Shown piece by piece: positions 10,097 to 20,794 of a stretch of 64,000 nucleotides of DNA (within the stretch, counting starts at the first letter, position 1; each line of letters starts with the position of its first letter). A program made the translations under genes and the position numbers. This DNA comes from an uncultured Gammaproteobacteria bacterium (GTDB taxonomy: Bacteria; Pseudomonadota; Gammaproteobacteria; CAWCPV01), in assembly GCA_963797555.1 (NCBI GenBank), contig CAWCPV010000014.1, positions 320,001 to 384,000 on the forward strand. Direction: 5' to 3'. The notes beneath the pieces were generated by a model. It was not told the origin of the DNA, ran no database searches, and saw only the letters and a program-made list of their open reading frames with translations.

Positions 10097-12754
10097 CTAC
10101 GCAACGCTCGCCGTGGGCGCCGATGAAGGCGCCGCGGTCAGCTCGCCGATCAGTGCCGTGGGCCGGCGCGCTAGCCCAGCGGCCAGCGACACGGTCAGGG
10201 AGGCGAGGTAAGGAATGGACTGGATGAGCAGGACCAAAATCCAGAGCAGCAGGTCCGGCGTGTCGGAGCCTTGTTGAATGGCGACGGCGGCGGCGGCGAA
10301 CCACAGCGCCCCCATGATCAGGGTCTCCTCGCGGGCCGAACGGAGTGCCTGGAGCAGCGCGTGCGATTTCGCCAGCTTCGGAGTACGGAAGAACGGCTTG
10401 TCTCGGGTGGCGAAGCCGTTGAGAATCGCCTTCGCGATGGTATGAGACAACGACAAGCCCGCGAAAGCCGCAGCGAGGGTCTGGGCGACGGTGGCGGAAA
10501 CCCGGCTGCGGTAAAGATAGACCAGCTTACCGGTCTTGAATACGAAAAGCGCCAGCGGCAGCGCCGAGAACATCACCAGGGGTGGGTCGACATGCTTGGG
10601 CATCAGCACCATCCCCACCGACCAGCAGAGCGCAGCCAAGTTGAACAGCAGGTTGATGCTGTCCGCTATCCACGGGAGCCAGCCCGCGACGAAGTGATAG
10701 CGCTGCCCCAAGCTGAGCCGCGTGTGTCTCCCAGCCAACAGAGCGCCGGCGTGTCGGCGCAGGATCTGCACCGCGCCGTAGGCCCACCGGAATCGTTGCT
10801 TCTGGAAGTCGACGTAGGTGTCCGGCATCAGCCCTTTGCCGTAGCTCTGCGGGATATAGGTGGCCTCGTAGCCTTGTTCGAAGATGCGCAGGCCCAGCTC
10901 GGCGTCCTCGGTGATGCACCATTCGGCCCATCCGCCGACCTCCACCAGGATGGACTTACGCACCATGGTCATGGTGCCGTGCTGGATGATAGCGTTCCTC
11001 TCGTTGCGGGTGATCATCCCGATATAGAAGAAGCCCCGATATTCCGCGTAGCACATGGCCTTGAACAGGCTCGCCTGCGCGTCCCGATAATCCTGGGGCG
11101 CCTGCACGATAGCGATGCGGGGCTTGGAGAACTGAGGCGCCAAGTCTCGAAGCCAGGCCGGGTCCACGACGTAGTCGCTGTCGATGACGGCGATGACCGC
11201 GGCGTCCGGGTCGGTGCGGGCCAGGGCATAGTTCAGTGCACCGGCCTTGAAGCCCGCCAGTGGAGTCACGTGGAAGAACCGAAAGCGGGCCCCCAACTTC
11301 CGGCAATGCGCCTCCACCGGCTCCCATACCCGAGGGTCCTCGGTGTTGTTGTCCACCACGATGACCTCGTACCGCGGGTAGTCGAGCCGCGCGAGAGCAT
11401 TCAGGGTCTCTATGACCATATCGGGCGGCTCGTTGTAAGCAGGCACGTGGACGGACGCCATGGGCAGATCTTCATCTGGAACACGCAGGGGTACGAACGC
11501 TCGACGCAATCCTGTGAGCCACAGCGCCTCGGCCCATTCGTGCGCCTCGGCCAACAGCACCACTACCACCCCGATCATTCCCAGGATCAGCAGCCCGCCG
11601 ACGATGACGGTGCTCACGGTGAGATACTGCTGCGTGTAGTCGTAAACGATCCACACCGCGGCCGTGGCCGCTGCGTAGGCGACCACCGCAAGAAAGCTAC
11701 GCCCGCGCTTGCGCAACGTCCGGCTATCCACGAGCAGGAGCGCGAAGGTGATCGCGGCGACCACGACCGAGATGATGGCCAGCACGCGCCACTCGGGCAC
11801 CCGGACGATGGGCTCCGAGAAGGTGAACTTGGGTTTCCTGTTCACGTCGTAGACGCCCCAGTAGGCACCCACGGAACCCTCGGTAACCCGTTTCCACGGC
11901 TGATCGAATGCTTCCATGATGTAGTAGACGTAATGCTCCTGAACGGCGCGCGCCAGGAAACGCCGCAGAAAGATGGCCTCGTTGGACTCGGAGGCGACCG
12001 CCGAGCGCCGCGTCCGGCCGTTGCTGGGCCAACCCACCTCGCCGATGACGATAGGCTTCCCCGGGAATACGGTCTTGAGTTGGTTCATCCGCTGCACCAC
12101 GTAATCCACCGCCTCGTCCAGGGCCACCCCTTCCCAGTAAGGCAGCATGTGGACGGTCACGTAGTCGACGTGTTTGGCAAGCTCCGGGTGGTGTATCCAG
12201 ACGTGCCAGGGCTCGGCGGTGCTCACCGGGATAGGGAGCGCATCGCGCACTTCGTCCAGGTATTTGCCCAACTGCTCGACCGTGAGTTCTCCGCGCAGCA
12301 CGGCCTCGTTGCCGACGATGATGCGAACGACGTTACGGGAATTCTCGCGGGCTACGCGGATGAGCTTTTGGATCTCGGCCTCGCTCTTCTTCGCGTCCGC
12401 GTCTACCCAGCCTCCTAGGGCCACGTTGATCCCATACTTGCGCGCGAGCGCCGGGATCTGGGCCAGAGTCCCCTCCACCGTATAGCTGCGCACCGCATGG
12501 GTCTTCCCTGCCAGGAGCGCCAAATCCGCATCGATCTGGTCGATGCTCGGCAGGATATGCTCGACAGGCGTCTGCCCGACCCGCATCGGCGAAAACGAGA
12601 ACCCCTGGATGCGGTCGGGCCACGGCGGCTCATCCTCCGGCTGGTTGAGCATGGCCCAGACGCTGATGGTGACCGCAGCGATCGCCACCCCGATCAGGAC
12701 ATTCACGCCGCTGACTCTAGTTTTCCGGCTGGGGGTTCTGAAAGACATCGACAT
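10097..12754 (-). CDS. ndvB: GH17 + GT2 fusion, NdvB-like periplasmic (cyclic) beta-glucan synthase
   Basis: GH17 motifs IVGNEA, VSTAEPW, HMLPYWEG, IGEVGWPS, EAFDQPWK. GT2 motifs PAYNE, FKAGALN, DSDY, TEDAELG, QRFRW. TM helices present. Start uncertain. Confidence 0.85.
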   Translation of the reverse strand: MSMSFRTPSRKTRVSGVNVLIGVAIAAVTISVWAMLNQPEDEPPWPDRIQGFSFSPMRVGQTPVEHILPSIDQIDADLALLAGKTHAVRSYTVEGTLAQIPALARKYGINVALGGWVDADAKKSEAEIQKLIRVARENSRNVVRIIVGNEAVLRGELTVEQLGKYLDEVRDALPIPVSTAEPWHVWIHHPELAKHVDYVTVHMLPYWEGVALDEAVDYVVQRMNQLKTVFPGKPIVIGEVGWPSNGRTRRSAVASESNEAIFLRRFLARAVQEHYVYYIMEAFDQPWKRVTEGSVGAYWGVYDVNRKPKFTFSEPIVRVPEWRVLAIISVVVAAITFALLLVDSRTLRKRGRSFLAVVAYAAATAAVWIVYDYTQQYLTVSTVIVGGLLILGMIGVVVVLLAEAHEWAEALWLTGLRRAFVPLRVPDEDLPMASVHVPAYNEPPDMVIETLNALARLDYPRYEVIVVDNNTEDPRVWEPVEAHCRKLGARFRFFHVTPLAGFKAGALNYALARTDPDAAVIAVIDSDYVVDPAWLRDLAPQFSKPRIAIVQAPQDYRDAQASLFKAMCYAEYRGFFYIGMITRNERNAIIQHGTMTMVRKSILVEVGGWAEWCITEDAELGLRIFEQGYEATYIPQSYGKGLMPDTYVDFQKQRFRWAYGAVQILRRHAGALLAGRHTRLSLGQRYHFVAGWLPWIADSINLLFNLAALCWSVGMVLMPKHVDPPLVMFSALPLALFVFKTGKLVYLYRSRVSATVAQTLAAAFAGLSLSHTIAKAILNGFATRDKPFFRTPKLAKSHALLQALRSAREETLIMGALWFAAAAVAIQQGSDTPDLLLWILVLLIQSIPYLASLTVSLAAGLARRPTALIGELTAAPSSAPTASVA

Positions 12755-13224
12755 TCCGAGACAGAGAGCTTGTGCATGAAGCTGCTGCGCGTCCCGACGC
12801 GGCATCGCCCCGTGCTGGCGCCTCGCCTACCGAGTGACGCGTATCGTCGCTGCGCCCCGTGTGTGCTCCCGGGTCGCTCACGGCGATGTCTTCACATGTT
12901 CGGAGAGGCGCCGTCGGGGATGGCAGGGATCAGGACAACGGTGTTAACGGTTGCGCGAGGCTCGGGGGTCGCTTGCAGCGAAAAAGTCCACGCCTGGACG
13001 GGACCTCTGGCTGCGTTCCAGCGCTAGAAGCTTAACATCACACTCCGCCGAATCCAAACCGACCGCTGCTCCTGTCGCACGGTTCAGCGGGCCGGCGGAA
13101 GTCGGGCACCTGAGACCGGGTTAATCCACAGCCTGGCTGGGAGCCACCCGATGTACGCGGCGCCGACCTGCCGCGCCACCAGCCGACCCGTCGGCGGGCA
13201 GCGTGCACCATGGCGCGCACCCAC

Positions 13225-13250
13225 AAAGAAAAGGCGGCCCGCAGGCCGCC
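13225..13250 (-). terminator. Rho-independent terminator of cytochrome gene 1
   Basis: GGCGGCC-loop-GGCCGCC hairpin followed by TTTTCTTTG on the minus strand. Confidence 0.8.
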
Positions 13251-13317
13251 TCGAGTAAGCTCTTCCAGGACACCCCCGCAAGCTCCCGCAGAGGTGTCCC
13301 GTCCCTGCTGGCGCGCG

Positions 13318-16197
13318 TCAGTCGCCGCCGCCGCCGGTGAACGGGTTACCGTGGCAAATGCCGCAACTCACCTGCGTGCCCCTGGTGATGGTGTGACCGC
13401 TCACCTGACGGTCCACCTTGGCCACCGAGAGCACCGTACCCTGACCTTGAGCCCCGTGGCAGGCCGCGCACTTTTGCCTGCCGCTACCGTCGGCCATGTC
13501 CTCGTGCCCGCCGTTGACGAAGCGGACATTGCCGACCGGGTGCATGCCGTGGGGTCCGTCCAGAGTAATCTGGTTATCCATGGCGGTGCCGTGGCAGGTG
13601 GAGCACTCGATGATGACGCCAGTGTGGCCCTGGAGCTGTCCGGCGGTCACGTTGTCGTTCGCCGCGAAGGTGCCGGCCGCGAACGGGTACAGGCCGTTGG
13701 CGGGCTGCGGGTCCACCGGCCACTCGGCGTGGGTGCTGCCGTGGCAAGCCTCGCAGAACACTCCGCCATGGCCGCTCTCACCGGCGTTGCTTCCGTTGAC
13801 GGTGAGCGGTACACCGCCGTTACTGACTCGATACAGCTTCGGGTTGTCAGAACCGCTTTGTCCATTGCCCGGCGTGCCGCTCACGGTATTCTCGGCGAAG
13901 CGCGGGTTGGATGGAACGATGGGTGCCGGTTGGATCGTGGCACAGTCCGTCAGGCTGGTGCAGTTGCCGCTCGCCAAGTAGGCCTGGAGCAGCCGGATCG
14001 TGTCGGTGGCATCGACCGACCAGGCCTTGACCAGGTTGCTGCTCGATACCGCGCCACACTTGCTCGGGTTGATGATGCAGTTGTCGAGCGCGTCGCCCGT
14101 ATGGCACGACCCGCAGCCGGGCTCATTCGCCCACGGCACCCGCGGTGTCGAGGGGGCGGGTTTCGCTCCGTTAGTCAGTTGATAGTAGTCGTTGGCCAGG
14201 CTGAACGACCCGCCGGGCTTGTTCTTGGAGAAGTCGTTGCCCACCTGCTGCATCTGCCCGTGGCAGTCCTGGCACACCACTCCGCCGCTCGCCATCGCGC
14301 CGCGCAGACACTTGGTGCGCGCACCCGGGTGACAGTTGTAGCAGGCGTGGTTCAACGTGCACTCGGTGGTGGACTGGCCCACGCAGTCCGGGTAGTCGTT
14401 GCCCAAGTTGCTGTTTGCGGTGACGGTGGCGTTCCGCGAGGAGGACGTGCGCACCGGCATGATGGGAAACACCGGGTCGTCCGCGACGGCGGTGCCGAAC
14501 CCGGCAGGGAAGGTCTGCGAACCGTGGAAGTTGTGCACCACGCGGGACATGGACTGGTTGTTGGTCTGTCCCGCCAAGCCCGGCAGGACAGAGTTGCCCG
14601 GACCGACCTGCAGCAGGTCCAGCGCCGGAGTGTAGTGGCAGGTCTGGCACACCACCGGATTCGTGGCGATGCCGTTGGAGTCGGTGTTATTCCCGTTGAC
14701 GGGTGACAGCGCGGGGCTGTACGCGTTGGGATCGCCGGAGCCCGGACCGTGATCCTCGTCATGCAGGGTCAGGATGTTGATGTCCGTGGCCCACTCCACG
14801 CTCACTGCGAGCGGTACTGACCCGTACTTGGGGTCGTCGATGGACGTTCTGATCATCGTGCCGAGACCGGCGGCCGTCGTCGCCAAGCCGTTCCCACCGT
14901 CTACCGGCGCGGCATGGCAGTTCTTGCAGTTCGCCTCGCCAGAGATCGGCGTCACGGTATCCAGCGAGGACAGCACCGAATGGCTGCTCTTGTCCCGCGC
15001 CTGGACCCGCATCAGCGGATAGGGGTTGATTCGCCCGGAGTCGTCGATCTCGGCGAGCGGAACCCCTTCCGCGGTGAACCAGTTGACGGTCGCGGTGTAG
15101 CCGAAGCTGCTGCCGAAGTTGGCGGAGAAGAACGGCAAGGTGCCGGTGTACAGCGCCATGCGCTGTGGGTTGTTGGCCGTGTACGCGGCGTCGGTGATGC
15201 TCCGGGGCTGGTTGGGCGGGTTGCAGCCCGTGCTGCCGAGGTTCGACGGCGTGCACGCATAGGGGGTGAGCGTCACGCTCGGCATGCCCTGCTGGTCCAG
15301 CAGCACCGTGCCCTGGGGGTATCCGTCCTTGCCGGCGAGGTAAAGCAGCTCGTTGTCCGGCACCGCCAGCCCCACATCGATGATGTTCAACGCCGCCGGA
15401 TAGAACAGCGCCAGCAAACCCGTCGGATAGAACGGGTCGTAGGCCTTGCGCGCCGTGTCCCAGAAATTGGACTTGAAAACGCCCGTGAAGGTGTAACCCG
15501 TGAAGCTCCGCGGCGGGTTGGGCTGCAAGGCCGGGTCCAGGACCGCGGGGTCGTTGGCGCTGGACGCCGCCGAGTACACGACCTCCACGCTGGAGTCGTC
15601 CAGGAGCTGCGGATGCGAGCCGGTCTGCACCACCTGGGCGTTGATCACGTTGAACGGCGGCAGGATGCTCAGCACCCGCGTGTCCAGGTCGCCGCAGTGC
15701 ATCCCCAGGTCGTTGACGGCGACGACCCTGTACTCCGACTGATTCGTCGGCGTCTGCTCCGGCACCGCCGTGGTCGGCACCGTGCTGTTGTTCGCACTGG
15801 TGGAGTTGATCGACTTGCTGGCGCCACCGCCACCGCCGCCGCCACCACCACCGTTGTTGCTGCAGTTGGCCGGGGCGTTGCTGACGCTCCGCGTGGCCGA
15901 GGAGCTGCCGGACTCGGCGCGCACCTTGCATGGCACCGGGCTCGGGTTGCTCTTGGTGAACGTCCAACTGCCCCTCCTGCTCGCGGTGGTGGTCCCGATC
16001 ACCACGAGATCGCCGGTATACTTGACCGTCACCGTGGCGCGGCTCGCTGCCCCGCTGCCGCTCACCGTGAGCGTATGGCTGCTGTTGCTCCAGCTCGCAC
16101 TACTGATAGTGAAGGCCGCCCAGGCGTTCCCCGCGAATGCCAGGGCGAGCAGGGAGCCGGCGAGCACCGGCCATCTCAGGCTGTTCCGTTGTTGCAT
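13318..16197 (-). CDS. Secreted multiheme c-type cytochrome (9 CxxCH), paralog 1
   Basis: Signal peptide ending AWA, poly-Gly linker, NDLGMHC motif. CKNCH, CQTCH, CYNCH, CQDCH, CGSCH, CEACH, CSTCH, CAACH, CGICH. Confidence 0.93.
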   Translation of the reverse strand: MQQRNSLRWPVLAGSLLALAFAGNAWAAFTISSASWSNSSHTLTVSGSGAASRATVTVKYTGDLVVIGTTTASRRGSWTFTKSNPSPVPCKVRAESGSSSATRSVSNAPANCSNNGGGGGGGGGGASKSINSTSANNSTVPTTAVPEQTPTNQSEYRVVAVNDLGMHCGDLDTRVLSILPPFNVINAQVVQTGSHPQLLDDSSVEVVYSAASSANDPAVLDPALQPNPPRSFTGYTFTGVFKSNFWDTARKAYDPFYPTGLLALFYPAALNIIDVGLAVPDNELLYLAGKDGYPQGTVLLDQQGMPSVTLTPYACTPSNLGSTGCNPPNQPRSITDAAYTANNPQRMALYTGTLPFFSANFGSSFGYTATVNWFTAEGVPLAEIDDSGRINPYPLMRVQARDKSSHSVLSSLDTVTPISGEANCKNCHAAPVDGGNGLATTAAGLGTMIRTSIDDPKYGSVPLAVSVEWATDINILTLHDEDHGPGSGDPNAYSPALSPVNGNNTDSNGIATNPVVCQTCHYTPALDLLQVGPGNSVLPGLAGQTNNQSMSRVVHNFHGSQTFPAGFGTAVADDPVFPIMPVRTSSSRNATVTANSNLGNDYPDCVGQSTTECTLNHACYNCHPGARTKCLRGAMASGGVVCQDCHGQMQQVGNDFSKNKPGGSFSLANDYYQLTNGAKPAPSTPRVPWANEPGCGSCHTGDALDNCIINPSKCGAVSSSNLVKAWSVDATDTIRLLQAYLASGNCTSLTDCATIQPAPIVPSNPRFAENTVSGTPGNGQSGSDNPKLYRVSNGGVPLTVNGSNAGESGHGGVFCEACHGSTHAEWPVDPQPANGLYPFAAGTFAANDNVTAGQLQGHTGVIIECSTCHGTAMDNQITLDGPHGMHPVGNVRFVNGGHEDMADGSGRQKCAACHGAQGQGTVLSVAKVDRQVSGHTITRGTQVSCGICHGNPFTGGGGD

Positions 16198-16214
16198 GTG
16201 CTCCTCCTTCCTGT

Positions 16215-16566
16215 CTTGGGTCGAAGCGTGGCAGCGGGTGGGAGTTGAGCCGCCCGCCGTCGCCGATCTGCGTCAGCGGGACTCCCTCTGCGGAGAACCA
16301 GTCGACGTTGTTCGCGACGTAGCCGAAGGACTGACCGAAGTTCGCGGAAAAGCGATGGTGGTCCCGATCACGACAAGATCGCCGGTATAGTTGGCGGTCA
16401 GCGCGGCGCGGCTCGCTGCCACGCTGCCGCTCACCGTGAGCGTATGGCCGCTGTTGCTCCAGCTCGCACTACCGATGCTGATAGTCGCCCAGGCGTTCCC
16501 CGCGAACGCCAGGGCGAGCAGCGAGCCGGCGAGCACCGGCCATCTCAGGCTGTTCCGCTGTTGCAT
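16215..16566 (-). pseudogene. Internally deleted third cytochrome paralog
   Basis: N-terminus nearly identical to paralog 1 (MQQRNSLRWPVLAGSLL), joined out of frame to an internal piece (FGQSFGYVANNVDWFSAEGVPLTQI) homologous to FGSSFGYTATVNWFTAEGVPLAEI. Confidence 0.85.
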
Positions 16567-16697
16567 GTGCTCCTCCTCCATGTCTTCGCGACCCCTCGCA
16601 CCGAAGCCAACGGCAGCGTTTGCGTCAGGATTGGTCCGCGAATCCCCGCCCGATGAGTGACGAGCCCACCGTGGAGCACTCCCGGAACGGGAATGCA

Positions 16698-16732
16698 AGT
16701 GTATAACCCAGACAACTTAAGGCAATATTAAC
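16698..16732 (-). promoter_or_regulatory. Putative promoter with OmpR-family direct-repeat box (copy 1)
   Basis: Minus strand GTTAAT-N5-CTTAAG overlapping TTGCCT(-35)-16bp-TACACT(-10); conserved in the copy at 20760-20794. Confidence 0.55.
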
Positions 16733-17088
16733 AACGCTGTGCCCCGCCGCCCTGGGCCGCCTGCGAGGCGGGCTGACCCACGGGACTCGTGCGGGGCGGG
16801 CGACACTGTTCGTCGCGCGAATGCGCGATCATTCATTCGCAGCGGCGCCCGATCCGGATCATGGTCGTCCAAGCTTCCAGCAGGGGTAATGGAAGAAGGA
16901 TGGCGGCTGGCTTCACATCGGCTTCAACCGACTTGGCCAAAGGAAAACTCGTGGAGACATCAAGTCGCCAGATGGTACGAACGACGTTACGTTAGCTCTC
17001 TCGGGCCACCTGGATGAGCGTTCGGACCTCGGCCTGGGTGTTCTTCGCATCCGCGTGGGCTCGCGAAACGTGGGCCACGGCGCACCAA

Positions 17089-17116
17089 CAAAGAAAAAGG
17101 CGGCCCGCAGGCCGCC
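17089..17116 (-). terminator. Rho-independent terminator of cytochrome gene 2
   Basis: Same hairpin as 13225-13250 plus a U-tract. Confidence 0.8.
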
Positions 17117-17211
17117 TCGAGTAAGCTTCTCGTAGACACCTCCCCACATCCCCGCCGGGTCGTCCGACGGGGCCTGGTCCATTGGGGCGGCGTCCGTGCC
17201 GCCTCAACAGG

Positions 17212-20200
17212 CTACTGGTTCGCGCAGGTGCTGGTCCAGTAGCTCGTGTTATGACACACGGCGCAGCCTATGGGGTGACCCTTGGCCACGGTCTGCCCGC
17301 TGAAGGTGCGGTTTGCCAGCACGCGCGAGAGTGGGGTTCCGCAACTGGTGCTCCGGCTCGTGCCGCCGTGGCAGGCCTGGCAGTACGTGGTGTAGTTGGT
17401 GTTGGTGCTGCTGCCATTCACGCTGCGGTGGACGCTGCTGCTCGACCAGGGCGTGCTGGTCGCCGCGATCGGGTGCAGACCGTGCGGGCCGCCAAGCGTG
17501 CTGCCGAGGCTGGCCGAGCCGTGGCAGGTGGAGCAGTCGGCGATGAAACCGCTGTGGCCCTGCAACTGGTTGGCCGTCACGTTGTCGTTGGCGTTCGGAT
17601 TGGCGTTCGGCCACTCCGCATGCGTGCTGCCGTGGCAGGCTTCGCAGAAGATGCCGCTGTGCCCGCTCTGGCCTCCGCCGGTGGTGGCCTGGCCCCCGAC
17701 GCTCACCCGGTACAGCTTGGGATTGCTGCTGGCGGTGACGTCTTCGGCGAAGCGCTTGTTGGTGGGCACGATCGGCGTGGCCTTGGTGTCACCGGTCCGA
17801 TAGGCCTGGCGCAGACGCAGCGCGTCCTTGTACCCGTTGGTATCGCGGTTGTTGACCACAGTCCCCGTCGTACCGGCGAGGTTGCTGACCGCATCACCCG
17901 TGTGGCACGAGCCGCACGAAGGCTCGTTCGCCCAGGGCACGCGCGGCGTGTTGGCGTTGGTGTAGAAGTCGCCTGCCAGGATAAAGCTGCCGCCTGGCTT
18001 GTTCCGCGAGAAGTCGTTGCCGACCTGGGTCATGCCGCCGTGGCAATCCGAGCACAGCATGTTGCCGTTGAACATGGCACCGCGCAGGCATTTGGTGCGT
18101 TTGCCCGGATGGCACTGGTAGCAACTCTGATCGAGTGCCGCCAGACGCGCCGCCTGGTTGGTGATGGTGCCATCCGCCGCCTGCACCGGCGCCGGGATGG
18201 GCGGGAACAGGCTCGTCAACTGCCCGTGGTGGTTGTGCATGACACGCGACATGGACTGGTTGTTGGACTGCTGGCGGCCGTTGACGTCGTTCGGACCGAC
18301 CTGGGCCAAGTCGAGCGCCGGGGTGTAGTGGCAGGTCTGGCAAACCACCGGCCTGAAGGACGTTGCTCCTGCCGTCGGGAAGTCCTCCGTCGTTCCCGTG
18401 ATCAGGGACGTCCCATTACGCATGTCATGCAGCTTGAGGATGTTGTGGTCCGAGGCCCACTCGACGCTGACCGCGGATGGTACGTCGTTCCCGCTCGGAT
18501 CATTGATCGAGACTTGGGGGCTAGTGATCCCCACGGCCGTCGTCGCGGAGCCATTGCCGCCGTCCGCCGACGCCGCATGACAGCCTTGGCAGTTGGCCTC
18601 GCCGGAGATGGGGGTCACGGTGTCGATCGTGGCCAATACCGTATTGCCCTGCTTCGCCTGGACGCGCATCAGCGGATAGGGGTTCTCGCGCCCGAAGTCG
18701 TCGAAGGTAGAAAGCGGAATGCCCTCAGCCGCGAACCAGTTCACAGTTGCCGTGTACCCGAACGAGAAGTTCGGGAAGAACTGGATGTCGCTGTCGAACC
18801 GGGCAAAGGCCTGCGGGTCGTTGCTGGTGTACGGGCCCTGGATGCCCGGCATGGACTGCTGGGCGACCTGGAGGGTCGGCAGCAGGGCGGAGTCAGGCAC
18901 CGGGAGCCCCGTATCCGCTCCGATGGCCGGAGGCGTGATGTCAGTCGGGTAGAACGGATTGTAAGCCCCGGCGTTGAGGGTGTCCCAGAAGTTGGTCTTG
19001 TAGACGCCCTGGGAAGTGACGGAGCTCAGGACATTGCTCTGCGAGAGCACCGGGTCGTTGGGGTTAGAGACCGCCGAGTAAGCCACGCTCACGCCCGAGG
19101 GGTTGAGCGTCGGGGTGGCGCCCTTCTGCACCACCTGCGCATGCAGGACGTTGTACGGCGGCAGGATGCTCGCAATGCGCGTATCCAGGTCACCGCAGTG
19201 CATGCCGAGGTCATTGATGGCAAGCACGCTATACGTGGTGTTGGGCACCTGCGCCTGCTGCGGGACCGTCGATTGCGGGCAGCCGTCCTGGCTGGTGGAG
19301 TTGATGGACGTGTTCGGCTTGGCCGGGTTGGCGCAGGCCGTCGCCTGGCCCGTGCTGGCGCTCGCAATGTTCGAGTACCCGCTCAGGTTACCGGCCGCAT
19401 CCGTCGCCCGGGTACGATACCGGTAGGTGGTGTTCGCCGTCAGGCCGGTATCGTTGTACGTTGTCCCCGTCGGGGTCGCAATCTGGGCGAAGTTGGTGCA
19501 GCTCCCGCCCTGGCAGCGCTCGACACGGTAGCCGGTGACGCCCACGGCATCCGTGGAAGCCGTCCAGCTCAGGTTGATCTGGCTCGCGCCCGCTGCCGTT
19601 GCCGCGAGGTTGCTCGGCGCCGTAGGCGGCGTCGTGTCCGCGGTCTGCTGGGTGGTGGCGCTCGCAATGTTCGAGTACCCGCTCAGGTTACCGGCCGCAT
19701 CCGTCGCCCGTACCCGATAGCGGTAGGTGGTGTTTGCTGTCAGCGCCGTGTTGTTATAGGAGGTGCCGGTCGGGGTCGCAATCTGGGCGAAGTTGGTGCA
19801 GCTCCCGCCTTGGCAGCGCTCGACACGGTAGCCGGTGACGCCCACGTTATCCGTCGAGGCGGTCCAGCTCAGATTGATCTGGCTCGTGCTCGCTGCCGTT
19901 GCCGACAGGCTGCTCGGAGCGGTCGGCGGCGTGGTGTCCGCCGTCCCGATGTTCACCGTGAGGGCCAACGTGATCGAGATGCCAACGTTGCCCGCGGCGT
20001 CATAGGCTTTGGCCGTCCAGTTGTGGGTGCCGTTGGCGGCGCTCGTGATCCCCCAAGCGTAGCTGTACGGCGAGCTGGTGTCGGTCACCACCAGGCTCGC
20101 ACCGTCGTAGAACTCAACCCGCGTCACGCCCACGTTGTCGGAGGCATTGGCCGAGATGGTCACGGTCTGGGCGGTCGTGTAGCTCGGACCGGCTGGGGAG

Positions 20201-20623
20201 GCACTGATGGAGGCCGTGGGCGGCGTGGTGTCTCCTCCGCCTCCTCCACCTCCTCCTCCCTCCTCCTCTCCTCCGCCGCCATTGTCGCTACAATTGGACG
20301 GGGCGCCGCTGACGGCCCGCGTCGCGGAGGAGCCGCCGGACTCGGCGCGCACGTGGCAGGGCACCGGGCTTACGTTGCCCTGGAGGAACGTCCAGGTCCC
20401 GGACTGCTTCGCCGTCGTGGTGCCGATGACCGGTACGATCCCCGGAATACTTCAGGGTCACCGTGGCACCGCCCGCCGCTCCGCTACCCAACACGTAGAG
20501 CCGCTGCGAGGTCTGCCAGGTCGCACTACTGATGCTGATAGCCGCCCAGGCGTTCCCCGCGAACACCAAGCCGAGCAACGAGCCGGCGAGAGCCGGCCAT
20601 CTCAGGCTGTTCCGCTTTTTCAT
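17212..20623 (-). CDS. Secreted multiheme c-type cytochrome (9 CxxCH) with Ig-like (Big) and two FN3 domains, paralog 2; one frameshift near 20432
   Basis: MKKRNSLRW signal peptide at 20623 is in a different frame from the 1050-aa body; alignment to paralog 1 places the shift at about 20430-20437. CQGCH, CQTCH, CYQCH, CSDCH, CGSCH, CEACH, CSTCH, CQACH, CAVCH. Confidence 0.88.
19355..19945 (-). repeat. Tandem ~300-bp near-identical FN3-coding duplication
   Basis: GCGCTCGCAATGTTCGAGTACCCGCTCAGGTTACCGGCCGCATCCGTCGCCCG occurs at ~19358 and ~19658 (period 300). Confidence 0.9.
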
Positions 20624-20759
20624 GTGCTCCTCCTCCTCCGTGTCTTCGCTACTTCTAGCCCCGAGGCCAACGGCAGCGTTTGCACCGCGATTGGTCGGCG
20701 AATCCCCGCCCGATGATGAGTGACCAGCCACCGCGAACAATCCGGAAACGGGAATGTAA

Positions 20760-20794
20760 AGTGTATAGCCCACAAAAATTAAGGCAACATTAAC
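20760..20794 (-). promoter_or_regulatory. Putative promoter with OmpR-family direct-repeat box (copy 2)
   Basis: Minus strand GTTAAT-N5-CTTAAT, with TTGCCT and TACACT conserved relative to copy 1. Confidence 0.55.

Noticed and set aside
19355-19945. Possible DGR template/variable repeat pair, given an RT in the window
   Set aside because: Both copies are in-frame FN3 domains, differences do not look adenine-specific, and the RT is a group II intron maturase 40 kb away.
10271-20532. Plus-strand ORFs of 715, 498, 444 and 1116 aa
   Set aside because: Shadow frames of ndvB and the cytochrome genes in high-GC DNA.
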